DNA of 63,555 nt, filler included, from Bigelowiella natans CCMP2755 (Eukaryota > Protista > Cercozoa), in NCBI GenBank assembly GCA_000320545.1. It is 5 parts of 5 records of this genome, joined end to end, with 100 filler letters (N's around TTAATTAATTAA, not from the genome) between each part and the next. Parts side by side here need not be neighbours in the genome. Positions count along the whole stretch, not along the records: positions 1 to 15,040 come from ADNK01001502.1; positions 15,141 to 27,837 come from ADNK01001006.1; 3 more parts are not named here. One strand, written 5' to 3'. The notes below the pieces were generated by a model. The model did no database searches, had not been told where the DNA came from, and saw only the letters and a list, made by a program, of their open reading frames with translations. The position numbers and the translations under genes were made by a program. Positions 13,247 to 26,811 of the stretch are shown here, piece after piece. Positions within the stretch are counted from its first letter, which is position 1; the number at the start of each line of letters is the position of its first letter.

Positions 13247-14121
13247 CATATGAATGTAATGTGGTAAAGCATAGTGCTATAGATGGTGGAGAGTACTCTT
13301 GAAGGCCTCTTAATCGGAGATTTTCCATGCCCTCGATCATTTGATTCACACCTGTAGAAATAGTCAGGATTCGGTAAGCTGAGTAATTTCCACCGATTTA
13401 TACCAGGTTTTTGGGCGTTTTGTTCTGGTCTATTCTGGCAATACAGCAATCTCTTGGATTATCAACCTTTTGCACTGTCAGCGTGTATTTATACATAGCA
13501 TGCATCCCGTTGTAGGAAGTGTTCAATCGTATATGTGAATGTGTGCGAGTTTATCACGTGGGTCTCGATCCTTTTTGTAGCTACGGCGAAACGGCGAATT
13601 CCTATAGATTCTTGCCTCCTCAGTAGCCTCCTTCTCGAGAGTCTAGTCGTCGGTCATGTTTCCAAGGTGTTTTGTTACGATAACAGCAAATGTCAAATTA
13701 TACGTTTATTCTCTGCTCATAATCCCCCCCCCCCCCCCACACACACACACACACACACGCACAAGTGAGATAATTCTCATACGATATAGAGTTCTTATAT
13801 TATGCAATCTAGAGCGGTATCCACCGAGAGTATAGAGGCGTTGTGCGCCTGGTCTTCGTTTGCAAGGTTCTCCTTTGGATTTTGGTTGTTAAATTCGCCC
13901 GGTCTATCAAGTTCCTATCATATAGTATATGAGCACGGGCTCGTCTGCTGATGCATGTGCGGGCGTTGGGACGGAAGAAAGAGGAGGGGATAGGATCATT
14001 TGCATTTACCCGCATTAAATTTAGCAGAGCTTCCTGCTCCGGAGACTGCGCCTTCAGAAACTGAACGAATCATCATCAAGTGCGTTTAATGTATTTGATC
14101 CTTTGAAAACTAAATAACCAT

Positions 14122-14162
<41 letters not shown>

Positions 14163-14288
14163 GTGTGTAGACTATTTCATGGGTAGGAAGGCTGAATCTA
14201 GCGGGAAATTACACGTTTGAATTCGCGTCAACGCTGATGTACCTCTCAGCCAATAAATGGACGGCATTCAATGATTTTTGAAATATAA

Positions 14289-14338
<50 letters not shown>

Positions 14339-15040
14339 AAGCGACAGCACCGATTTGTACATTTCTTCCACTCGGCTCATAGAGACCAAACCTTCCCCGT
14401 CACCATCGCCTTCTTCCTTCTGCAAAACGTCAGCCATAACAACGCGTTATTGCGGCCATACAAACGCTCTTGACGACGAGAGGCCAGACCGATCAGACGC
14501 TTACAAAGCACGTTCAGTAGGTATTGAAAAGAGGGTTGATAACCGCTCTAATACGTGGTAGGAGCGAAACGGTGGGTTGTGCAGCATATTACGTCGGAGT
14601 CTGGGATCTCGCTTGCCAGCTTATCGTAAAAACTTGGATATTTTCAAACGGCATCAGCAACACACACTCAGTTCTTTTACCGTATGGGGTGCTGATGGTT
14701 TTTGCCATTAAAAATGAATTTCTTTCAAAAAAACGATACTGCGAGGATGCTTAACGCGTGTGGTAGAGTATCTGGCTATTGATGTAAGTACGTGTAGTTT
14801 GTTGTTGATGATGGCCTTATCCGCCGTTCCGCCACGTCTTTTTTCATGTTCTCTTCACCGACACACAAAGCAGGAGGCGCTTGAGTCTCATTATCAGCCC
14901 TGGGGGGGGTTGCTTTAGGCGGCGATTTCGTGCTATTCTTCCGCCATATGTACTTTGAGTAAAACTCCCTCCTGCGACAATAACATGTTGGCAGGGAGGG
15001 GGGGGGGGGGGGGAGGAAGGTAAGGGGAAGGAAAGTACGT
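11918..15040 (+). CDS. Probable intron-rich gene of unknown function, cut by contig end
   Basis: ORF 11918 ends at a G|GTAAG donor. Further short AG..GT-bounded open segments lie between microsatellite introns (e.g. FQRPLDDLNIGGNVPYSVL, VFGRFVLVYSGNTAISWIINLLH). No recognisable domain. Confidence 0.35.
12750..12798. repeat. 19-bp direct repeat, 30-bp period
   Basis: aattgcttctattgattta at 12750-12768 and 12780-12798. Confidence 0.9.
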
Positions 15041-15140
15041 NNNNNNNNNNNNNNNNNNNNNNNNNNNNNNNNNNNNNNNNNNNNTTAATTAATTAANNNN
15101 NNNNNNNNNNNNNNNNNNNNNNNNNNNNNNNNNNNNNNNN
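15041..15140. other. Artificial contig spacer
   Basis: Ns flanking TTAATTAATTAA (stops in all six frames), 100 nt, identical at four sites. Confidence 0.98.
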
Positions 15141-17100
<1,960 letters not shown>

Positions 17101-17464
17101 GGGGTCATGATTTCTGTTGTTAAATTTTCGAACACAAATACAACGCAAAAGCTACACGAAAGCAAGGTGAAATGGATGGGGTCAAAGAAAAGGGGGCTGA
17201 GACCCATGCTGGAGCTGGTCTAGGGGGCAGGCGTTTCCGAGTTCACAGATTTGGGTAACCGAATATCTGGAGAATCTCCGACGACAATGTGATATTCATT
17301 TGAATTTCAATCCAAAACAACACCGCGACAACCAAATTGTGGGATTCCTATTTAACGAGCCTAATTTCTCGCTGGTCGTATTCTCGGGCCTTTTTTAAAC
17401 TTGAATTGCAGACTAAAATACGACTGCGACAAACGCACCAGAATTTCCTACACTGGATCTAGTA

Positions 17465-18420
17465 GATCACCAACAGGGTGCTGACAAGTCCTTGCTTCTT
17501 CATTGTTCATTGTTCCTTGCAACGAGTGTTGTTGAGGCTCTGCTGCGTGCAAATGCCTGTCTCCCATGTGGTTCTGACGCATGTAGTTTTTGATCAACGC
17601 TTTGTTCATTGTTCATTGTTCATTGTTTTAGTCTGCGAAGGAAACAGGACAGCGGCCTCGACAAAAACAAGTGAGCATCGCTGACCGCAGCTTTGGACAA
17701 ATCTGTTGCTGAAACACGTGAAAACTCGCCACTGCACTGCAACTGTAGCAGAAGTCGAGGTGGTTGGCTTTGTGTGGCTCAATTTGCACTGCACCACAGC
17801 ACTGCTCCAGGGCGGAACAATGAACAATGAAGGCGGAACCAAGTGACAATGGTGAAGTGATGAAAACGAAATTCTCATCACAATTCTGCGGTGGACTCAG
17901 GAGAGTTTCGGTTGCACACGAGGGTGCACTTTTTGCCCGTCTGTTTGAGCGAAGACACCAGTCCAATGCAAAGCCCTCGCAGCTAACTAGCTGACAAGCA
18001 TGCGTGTTGCACGTGACACACACGGTGGCCATTGGCCATTGGCCATTGTGGAAATTGTCCGTTGAAAATCTTCACGCTGCAAACGGTCGTTGGAGTTTTT
18101 AGAGGAAAATCGATCATCGATTTTTCTGAAACATGCGGAGCGATCTTCAATCACACACGTCTTTCGAAGGTTCATTGTCTTGTCGCACGGAGCGGAACAC
18201 AGTGCATTTTGTGTTGACTATGAGCATTCAATCTCAACCAAAAGCTGCGATGAAACAGAGAAGGTGTAGAAGACCATCCCTTCAAAACAGAAGGAGGATG
18301 CCTCCAATAAAAGAACAAACAGTGGATGAAGAGGGAGATGTGTTTGACTTTCAATCTCTTGCAATGGAAATGAGACCAGAGAGTCGCGAGGATCCTTCTA
18401 GCAGTGGAACAAACCTTGCA
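17465..18420. other. TpA-depleted tract
   Basis: About 10 TA in about 955 bp by hand count, 9 of them in TAG or CTA context. Confidence 0.85.
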
Positions 18421-20013
18421 AAAGTAGATAAATTTGACGTGTCATTCAGTGAAGTTGTTCAAAATTGAAGATCTTTATCCATCATTAATGAAATCAATAT
18501 TGTGTTTTAAATCAAGCGTACACCTGTCCACCGACCAACTCGACCAACACGCAATCGGACTTCGTTTGGTGATAAATCCGGGAAACTGTCGGAACTGTCG
18601 GAACTCAATGTGAACACAATGAAGAGGAAAAAGATCAATGTTACTTCCCATAGCAGAGGTCTGAGAGCAAGTATGTCGAAACAAGAAGTTAATTCTCAAC
18701 ATCTACCAAGAACATATGTGAACATCCATGCATCCCAGAACAGAGAGCTTGCGCTGAAATTTCGTCGTGCACAAGAAGAAATTAGAAAACTGAAAACGTA
18801 CAACAAGGCAGCAACTAATCAAGTGGTAATGTATAAAAGCTTCCTAAAAAACATAGAAACCAGTGCTGCGGCCAATTTGGGTTGGAAAGTGAAAAAAGAA
18901 TTGAGAAACAAGAATTCCTTATTGGAAGAAATGAAAGTAAAACTTTCAATTGAGAAGACTAAATTCGAAAATTTTAAAGATAACATACAACATTTTTTAA
19001 TGGATACTTCGTCTAAAGTCATGGGCCGATGTGAATGGATATCAAAATGTGCTAATCAACGAATAAATTTGCTACAAACTAAAATTTTGAGAACACAAGA
19101 AAAACATCAAAATTTCAAACAAGAAATCTTAAAGCTTCAAAGAGTTCATAGGAAAAAACAATATTGTGCTGAGAGGCTTGATGAAGTGGAAGAAGAGTTG
19201 AAATTTGTAAGAAATTCACTTTCTTCAAAGGATCAATGTTTGAAGGACTTGCAGGAAGAAATCGAAAACTCCAATAAACTATGCACGGAACTCCGAGCTT
19301 CTATTGTCGCTAAAGATTCGTTTACACAAAACCAGAGGAAAGAACTACTAAATAAAGATATCGCTCTACAACTGTTGGATAAGAAACTTAGGCTCACAAG
19401 TGAATCTATCTCCTTGAAAGAAAATCAGCTAAAAAATCTTAAGGCTGAGGTTCGCGTGTCTTCTGAAAACTACAGCAAGATGCAACATCTCCAGAATAAA
19501 ATCGATGCTGAATATGAAAAAAGAGTATCTACATCTGAACAGAAACTAGTTGAATTCCAAAAAGAAGTCGGTTTGAAGGAAGTAAAAATTCGGCAGTTAC
19601 AAACAGAAATTGAAAGTATTAACATAATTCAGAATGGACTCAAAGAATCTTTGATCGATAAAGATAATTTCATAAAACATTTGAGAAATAGTTTAATTGA
19701 TAGTGCTACATTTTACAAGATGGAAGAAGAATTACAGCTCAAAAAAGATACTATTCGTTCAAAGCAAAAGGAAATTGATAGTTCTCTTATCAAGCTAGCA
19801 GCTAAAGACAAATTAATTCAAGATCTTAAAGACTGCATAAAAAAGGAGCGTAAAATTTTCAAATCCAAAATTGCAAGCATTGTTTCTCAACACAAAGCAA
19901 CTGTTGGATCTGTGACGCGAGAACTCAAAACCCAAATTTCGAAACTACACCACACGTTGGAATGTGTGAGTGCCAAGCACGTAACGAAAATAGATACGAC
20001 AAATACTACATAG
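18220..20013 (+). CDS. Long coiled-coil protein (about 565 aa), probably one intron
   Basis: ORFs 18133-18468 and 18610-20013 are in the same frame. A 93-nt GT..AG intron (18424-18516) removes both intervening stops (LAK|RTPVHRP). The C-terminal two-thirds is K/E/L/Q-rich with heptad character. Confidence 0.75.
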
Positions 20014-20629
20014 TAGAAGTAATTTTTGTTCCTGTATTTTTGCTTCACGTTGACAACAACTAGCTACCATCTCGTCACAGGATGCGTAGCCGCACATGGC
20101 TGTGTCGTATGCCATTCTTATTAGAGCTGTATATATGTGTGATGCGTTAGGCGGGCCATTAGCACACACTGATGAGCCATGTGTTCTTTTCCAATCGCAA
20201 GATGCAAAGATCATTGAGTTGCACGCAAATTCATGTACACATGCACTTACACGCTTGCATTGCTAGACTGCGTGTCATACTACAGACATCGATTCCGAAG
20301 CTAGTAACTGTGCTAGAGTGAGTTGCGTCTCATGGTGTCGCTCATCACGTCAATGATCAAACGCATTCATGGAGATTCATTGCGATTGGCGTTAATAAGT
20401 TAGTGGTGTATGCGATGGTGTGTAGTTCATGTTGTTCGATTCTTGCGACAGCTACATGTAGAGATAGGTTGATCGTCGCACTGACATGCATGTGCGCCAC
20501 ATCGCACACAGCATCCCATCGATCGCCCAATCAGAGCCGGAACATATCGCACGTTCAAAGGAATTACAAAATGTGAATTTCCATGATTGCAACGCTTCAC
20601 ACTTATGATAGACATGCAATATGTTATGT

Positions 20630-20676
<47 letters not shown>

Positions 20677-21017
20677 TATTACTGTGTCTATTATACTTTA
20701 CACTAGAGCTAATCCATGTGGATGATTACTGAACTAATCGATCAATGCATCACAGCAACATGACAAGATGATGACTGGCCAAAGCATGGGTACCCGTTCC
20801 AAGTTCAGTAAAATCAAAGCCATGTTAGTTAGAAAGACTAATCACATCATATTTGTTTAATGCAGAGCATTTCTAATTGCAACAATAATGGTAAAGTCAG
20901 CCTCGTTGCGCTTGAGTATGCGGTTCCATGCAGACATCGAAGTTCAGAATCACCGATTAAATTTCGAGCTGCAGGTCTTTCTTCTTAGAAATGTGGCCGG
21001 GACGTGTGAATATTTGA

Positions 21018-22513
21018 TTATGTAAGTCCAGTGACACCTCCATCGATGCGATATTCAGCACCAGTTACAAAAGCTGCCTCACGCGAGGCCAAGTATAGCA
21101 CGAGCGCAGCAACTTCCTTCGGTTGCCCCATGCGGCCCATGGGCTGATACTTGGAGAGATTTTCGAACATCTGGAAATTGAAATGAAAGCGTAAGATGTA
21201 GAATAGAAAGTTCATGTATTTGGTAAAGCGCAACAAAAGATCGTAAAACAATTTATTGATAACCTCCTTTTCCTTCCCTGGATAGTGCTTTTTAAGATAT
21301 CCATCAACGAAGGGAGTGTGAATTCGCGCAGGGCATACTGCGTTCACTCTGATTCCTATCAAGCAGATGAAAGTTTTCAACTAAAATCTAAAAAGCCAGC
21401 TAAAGAGTTTGATTCACACCTTGCTTCACGTAGTCGTTAGCCATTGATAAGGTCATCGTCAGAACAGCTCCTTTGCTCGCAGAATAAGTGAAACGATCCT
21501 GATGGTTACAAGAAGTTAGTCCATAGGATTCCGAATCTTGTGCAAGCTAGTCTCGGTACTACTGACCCTGAGCCCAATGACAGATGCGATGGAGCCCATG
21601 TTCACCACAGCACCACCACCCTAAAGAGCGAAATGATGACAAGCAACAACTTTTGTCAATAAAGAATACCGTCATAATCTCAGGGACATACCCCTTTGAC
21701 CATGATTGGTGCGACAGCCTTGCAGCAATAGAAAACACCTAAACCGTAGAATAGGACATTTAGGCCGTGGATTTGAAAGGATATAATGTTGGCGAACCTT
21801 TGACATTGACGTTTAGAACAAACTCCATATCTTTCTGTGTAGCTTGTTCGACTGTGCCAATGGTTGATACTCCAGCATTGTTCACCCTGGTAAATAAGGA
21901 GTCAGTTCTGACAGAATGCAAGCTTTATTACGCCTTAAAATTTTACAAAATGTCGATTGTGCCCTTCCGTTTTGCAATTTCGGCGAAGACTTCGGACACT
22001 AATTTTTAAGTTAAAGTTCATATCAATATTAGCCGATCATTTTAAATTAAAAACCGTCAGTTATTAACCTTGCTTTTCGTCCGTCACGTCCATTTGGCTA
22101 GCGTGTGCCGAGCCCTTAGAATTGCTTTCGGCGATGCCTTTTACAACCTGAACCCATGAATGCGATGTTTAGTATGCTGTGGCTATCTTAACTCGAAATC
22201 GAAGGTTGAAGAATATGATCTGGACCTCTTCGGCTTTCTTCAGATCAAGATCCAGGATTTCTACCATTGCACCTATTCGGAAAAACTAACCTTATAACCC
22301 ATTATTGCAATGCACACTATGCATCAGTTCACCTTTCTTCGCGAAAAGCTCACAAATTGCCTTTCCAATTCCAGATCCTCCTCCAGTAACAACCGCAACC
22401 TACCAAACGACTCTTTGAGGTAACGAAACTTCGCCAAGGGAGATTTACTTCCCTACAATAGATAGTACCTTCCCATCCAAAGAAAACGATCCCCATTCGT
22501 ACTCAGTGCTCAT
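21018..22513 (-). CDS. Classical short-chain dehydrogenase/reductase, 11 exons
   Basis: Motifs VAVVTGGGSGIG, DIL|VNNAG, VNMGS, YSASK (YxxxK), IRVNAVCPARIHTPFV, QPMGRMGQPKEVA, FVTGAEYRIDGG. All 10 GT-AG introns splice in frame. Confidence 0.95.
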
Positions 22514-23439
22514 CTCGAAATTAGCCTCCTCACGCACAGTTTCAGGTTTCAGAGATCAATCTTGTTGGTGATAAAATGTAAAATATCCGTTTTAAGACAA
22601 AAAACGGATGGCATTTTGATCCTTCGTCTGAACAGATATTAAGACGCACATTGTCAAATCCCAAAAATTCAAAAACTATCTTTCGGAGCGCGCCGGCCGG
22701 AATCTCGGAAGACCTAACTAAAAGTAGAAATCTCATAATTCACTCCCTTTTTCATTTTGGAAATGTAGTTCTTTATCATTGTTCATTGTTCATTGTTCAC
22801 ATGCTGCGGGGGCTTCATGTGCAGCTAGTTTGACAAGTGGCACTGTGCAAAATGCTTCTGTGAGATCAACTCCGCTTCCCTCTTTCCCCCACTCTTTTTT
22901 TTGCCACGTGGACGCTGTCGTCAGGCCGCCTGCCGTTGTTTCTCTGGCTCGTCTCGGTGCGAACTGTGCATGGTACCCATCTAGCCATGGCGGCTGTTGC
23001 ACATTCGAGACATCGTTAGCGTTAGATTATGAAGCTAATTAACGAAAATGTGTTCATGTACAACGCTTGCCGGCACGCCTAGACGCCGTTGCTAGCGATG
23101 TAGGTGCTTCTTGGATAAATGGTGCACGTGCCTTTGCCTTCAACATGACATCACGCACACATTGCTCGACTTTCGTCTTGTTGCTACTGGATTGCGCCAC
23201 AAGTATCCGTGCTTGCATTTAATCATATGCTGCGCCTGCCTCTCTGCGCTTTCTAGCCTTTTCTTGTGCATTTGCATTAAAAGGTGGAGGACATGCCATC
23301 CATTGCAACTTTGTTAAATCAACATATAAGCAAGAGAACTCATATGCCGATGTGCAGGTATATATGCGCCAATATTGTCGACCCATCAATTATTTGTGGC
23401 CCCGATGCGAAGTGTGCCAGTTTAAGCATTAGTACTGAA

Positions 23440-25121
23440 TTATTTTCCCTCCTGAAGACCGTATTTCTCTTTCAGGCCTTCCAAACTCCTAAGAGCATAT
23501 ATGTGGCATTTTGTGATAATTATGAATTTGATTGGCATCCTTGCTGTAAAATAACGTGTCAAAGTTACCCAGTGGTTATGTTCTTAAAGCCAAGTTTCTC
23601 AAGCTCCAATGCGAATCGTTGCGCCCTTTTCCCTGGCATTTTTAGGGACACACATCAATATCTCTACTCGAGGTGTTTATTTTTTCAGCCAGGCACAAAT
23701 GATACACCGACTTGAAGAATAACGAATTTACCTGAACGACAGTAGACGACGACATCTCCCACCTGGCAACGTAGACATCGCCTCATTAGTATAAAGAAGG
23801 GATACTCATTTCCACCAAATCAACTTAAAAGGGGGTGGAAGCAGGGACTGAGGGAGAGATTTGTACAGAGGATATGTCTTTAGGAACAGCCCCCGACTCG
23901 AGTCCTTTTTTAACACATTCCTAGGTTGGAAAACGTAGAATTAACAGACAAAATTTCTTGTGATCATCCCTAGTAGTTACAGTACAAGCAGTGGCATGGA
24001 GTAAGCATTTAATGATAATTACCGCTGCATCGTAGGAGTTGTCGCACCTTACACGAACACTCCCTTTCAATTCCCTGAAGTAAAAAAGCACGAAAGAAGC
24101 AAAGTGAAACTCCAAGACGTTGAGGGAAAAGTGTGGATAGACCCATCTCTTTCAGATTCCTCCTTGCTTCTAACGTCAATGATGAGCGTTTTCCCTTTCT
24201 CCTCTTCTTCACTGGAAACAAAGATAGGTATCATCTGAGTACGAAGTGTCAGCGGGCTTTGCTCAAAAGTACCTGCTTTTTAATATAGTCAGACCAAATC
24301 TACCCTTAAGCTCGTCAAGGCTTCTGAAACAACGCAGTCATTTCGTATTAGACATTGTTGGGATCCTCACACAAGAATGAGAGAACGACAAAATGGCGAA
24401 TTGACGACGAGGACATAATCAACCCAGTGACGATGTTCTTGAAACCTAACTTCTCCAGCTCTGTCGCAAATCGTTTTGCCCTCTTTCCTAATTCATCAAA
24501 AGAGTCGCCATCAATCAGGTGTTGATGATACACCAAAATGCTGCTTGGAAGATGTAATACCGGAGCGGCAGTAGACGACCACCTCGCCCACCTGCGAGCA
24601 TGTATGTAGAAAACTATGATGATGCAGGCTTATATTGTCTTTGATATCGTACTACTACTATTAAGATTAGGGAGGACATTATTGATTTACCGTTGAAGGG
24701 TCCTTGGGGACAGCCCCGGAATCAATTCCTCTTTTTACACAGTCCTACAAGCGAATGATCGAGGATAGACTTTAGTGCAAGCAGGGTAGTGCTAGAAGGT
24801 GGTATTTTTCACCCATTTGAAAAAATTGTTACCGAAGGATCAAAGGAATTATCACAGCGAACCCGGACTGTCCCTTTCAATTCTCCTCTGGGTGAATACA
24901 TGCGAATGGCTTAGGTGGCATTACTAATTAAATACTGCATGCAGTCTGAAAATACCCAGATTTCTTCGCCTCCTCTTCACCACGTACATCAATAACGAGT
25001 GTTTTGCCATCCATTTTTCCCTTGAGACTGACGACTGCCTGTTCACTCCTCGCTAACGAATAGCATGATGCGCAACCAGCTTCAGTATTCTTACATGGGC
25101 AGATACCCCGTCCATCTCCCC

Positions 25122-25165
<44 letters not shown>

Positions 25166-25345
25166 CCCCCCCCCCCCCCCCCGCCGCAAGTGCACGGATA
25201 CACACCCTTGTACACACTACTATCTTGTCCTTCACCTGGTCGTGCCGTCCAGTTATTATATCCGGACTCCGAATCCAGGGAGGGTAGTCGGATGGACTTC
25301 GTAAAATACGAGCGGCTTTGCAGAAAGAAAGCCATAAATTGCATG
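23440..25345 (-). CDS. Tandem two-domain rhodanese (sulfurtransferase-like) protein
   Basis: Two homologous units, each KTLxIDVR..E...G|ELKGxVRVRCD...|VGxVVVYCRSG|KRAxRFAxELEKLGFKNIxTG, fused in frame. TAA at 23440-23442. The start is uncertain (ATG near 25345/25335 or at 25014). Confidence 0.85.
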
Positions 25346-25369
25346 TCGTCGTGATAAAAGCACGCTCGT

Positions 25370-25420
25370 TTTACACCTTTGAACATTTAGGTCGGCGTTT
25401 TAAATGTTCAAAGGTGTAAA
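25370..25420. repeat. Perfect 20-bp inverted repeat with 11-nt spacer
   Basis: TTTACACCTTTGAACATTTA (25370-25389) and TAAATGTTCAAAGGTGTAAA (25401-25420). Confidence 0.95.
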
Positions 25421-25677
25421 TTGTTGTATTAGTAACGATCCCAAGGGGGCTTGTTGGTCTAAGATACATACTGAATATGTCGTAATTGCATGCTGCGGAC
25501 TGGGCCACATACCGAGCAGCATGTGTCGAAAAAACGATGCCTGGCACGTTGTGGGTGATGAATAGGCAGTAATATTCAGAAGTTATTATGATAAGATAAG
25601 TCTACTTGCTTTCCATATCGAGGCTCGCTCGTCAAAGAATTGATTGTTCACCAGCGACATCCTACTCCGTCGAAACC

Positions 25678-26811
25678 ATGCCCGCCCGAGGCAGAATGTC
25701 AACAGCGTTAGCGTCCCTTGCTTTCACTCTGGCGATCACCCCAGCCCTCGCAGCCAGGGTGGGAAATTACTCGCTCACCCATCGCATCAACAGCACGACA
25801 TTTCTGCAGGAGTTCGAATTCTTCACCGCAGGGGACCCAACGCACGGATACGTCCAGTTCGTTTCACAGTCAGAAGCAGCCCAGCTAAGAATGCTGCAGC
25901 TGGACGCCGGCTCGATCTACATGTCGGTGGACAAGGATGGAAATTATGACCCGAACGGGCCCGGCAGGAAGTCTATCCGCGTGCAGAGTCGCAAGGTCTT
26001 CAATGGTGGCGTCTTCGTGATTGACCTTGACCACATACCGAGCGGGTGTGGCACGTGGCCTGCCTTTTGGTCCGTCGGTCCGCAGTGGCCAGACAACGGT
26101 GAGATAGACATCTTGGAGGGCGTCCATCGAAACGTGCAAGACATTAGCACGCTGCACACAAGGGAGAAATGCTCGATGCAGACGGTCGATACTGCGCTCT
26201 TCACAGGCTCTTGGAGCACGGGGTTCGGAGGACAGAATGCGACAGACTGCTATGTGAAATCAACCATAGAGTATGCCAATCAGGGATGCGGTATCATAAG
26301 TGACGACTCTGCATCATTTGGAGAAGCATTCAACCGGCGGGGGGGTGGTACCGTAGCGACTGTTTGGGATGACGAAGGCATTCGAATGTACGGTTGGAGG
26401 CGAGGCGCCGAGCCTGCGGACGTGAGGAAGGCTGCCACTGGGAAGAGCAAGGGAGGCGAAGTCACGATCGATCCGGATGGGGAAGGTTGGGGCATGCCGT
26501 ACGCGCTGTTCCAGTTCGGGGACAACTGCGATCCGTCACACTTCGCGAACCACCAGCTAGTGTTTGACCTCACACTATGTGGCGACTGGGCGGGCTCTAC
26601 GTTCTCTTCCGTGTGCTCGGACATCCCCTCGGCTTCCTGTGAGGCCTACATCGCTGATCATAGGAACGTACAAGACGCCTTCTGGTCGGTGAGGAGCGTG
26701 GATGTGTACGAGATTGGAGGCCTCACCCTTGCAAGACCAGCGATGGGGTTCCAAGGGAAAGGCTGTAATGACACAGACTACGGGTGGGGAACTCACCACG
26801 CAACACGCTAA
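25678..26811 (+). CDS. Secreted GH16 endo-1,3(4)-beta-glucanase (Lam16A-like), intronless
   Basis: Hydrophobic signal-like N-terminus, then FFTAGDPTHGYVQFV, GRKSIR, HIPSGCGTWPAFW, WPDNGEIDILEG (ExDxxE catalytic motif) and FDLTLCGDWAG. Confidence 0.95.
   Translation: MPARGRMSTALASLAFTLAITPALAARVGNYSLTHRINSTTFLQEFEFFTAGDPTHGYVQFVSQSEAAQLRMLQLDAGSIYMSVDKDGNYDPNGPGRKSIRVQSRKVFNGGVFVIDLDHIPSGCGTWPAFWSVGPQWPDNGEIDILEGVHRNVQDISTLHTREKCSMQTVDTALFTGSWSTGFGGQNATDCYVKSTIEYANQGCGIISDDSASFGEAFNRRGGGTVATVWDDEGIRMYGWRRGAEPADVRKAATGKSKGGEVTIDPDGEGWGMPYALFQFGDNCDPSHFANHQLVFDLTLCGDWAGSTFSSVCSDIPSASCEAYIADHRNVQDAFWSVRSVDVYEIGGLTLARPAMGFQGKGCNDTDYGWGTHHATR

Noticed and set aside
15041-15140. TTAATTAATTAA palindrome within N runs (also 27838, 44678, 62236)
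   Set aside because: Identical 100-nt artificial spacer. It is not biological, and adjacency across it is unproven.
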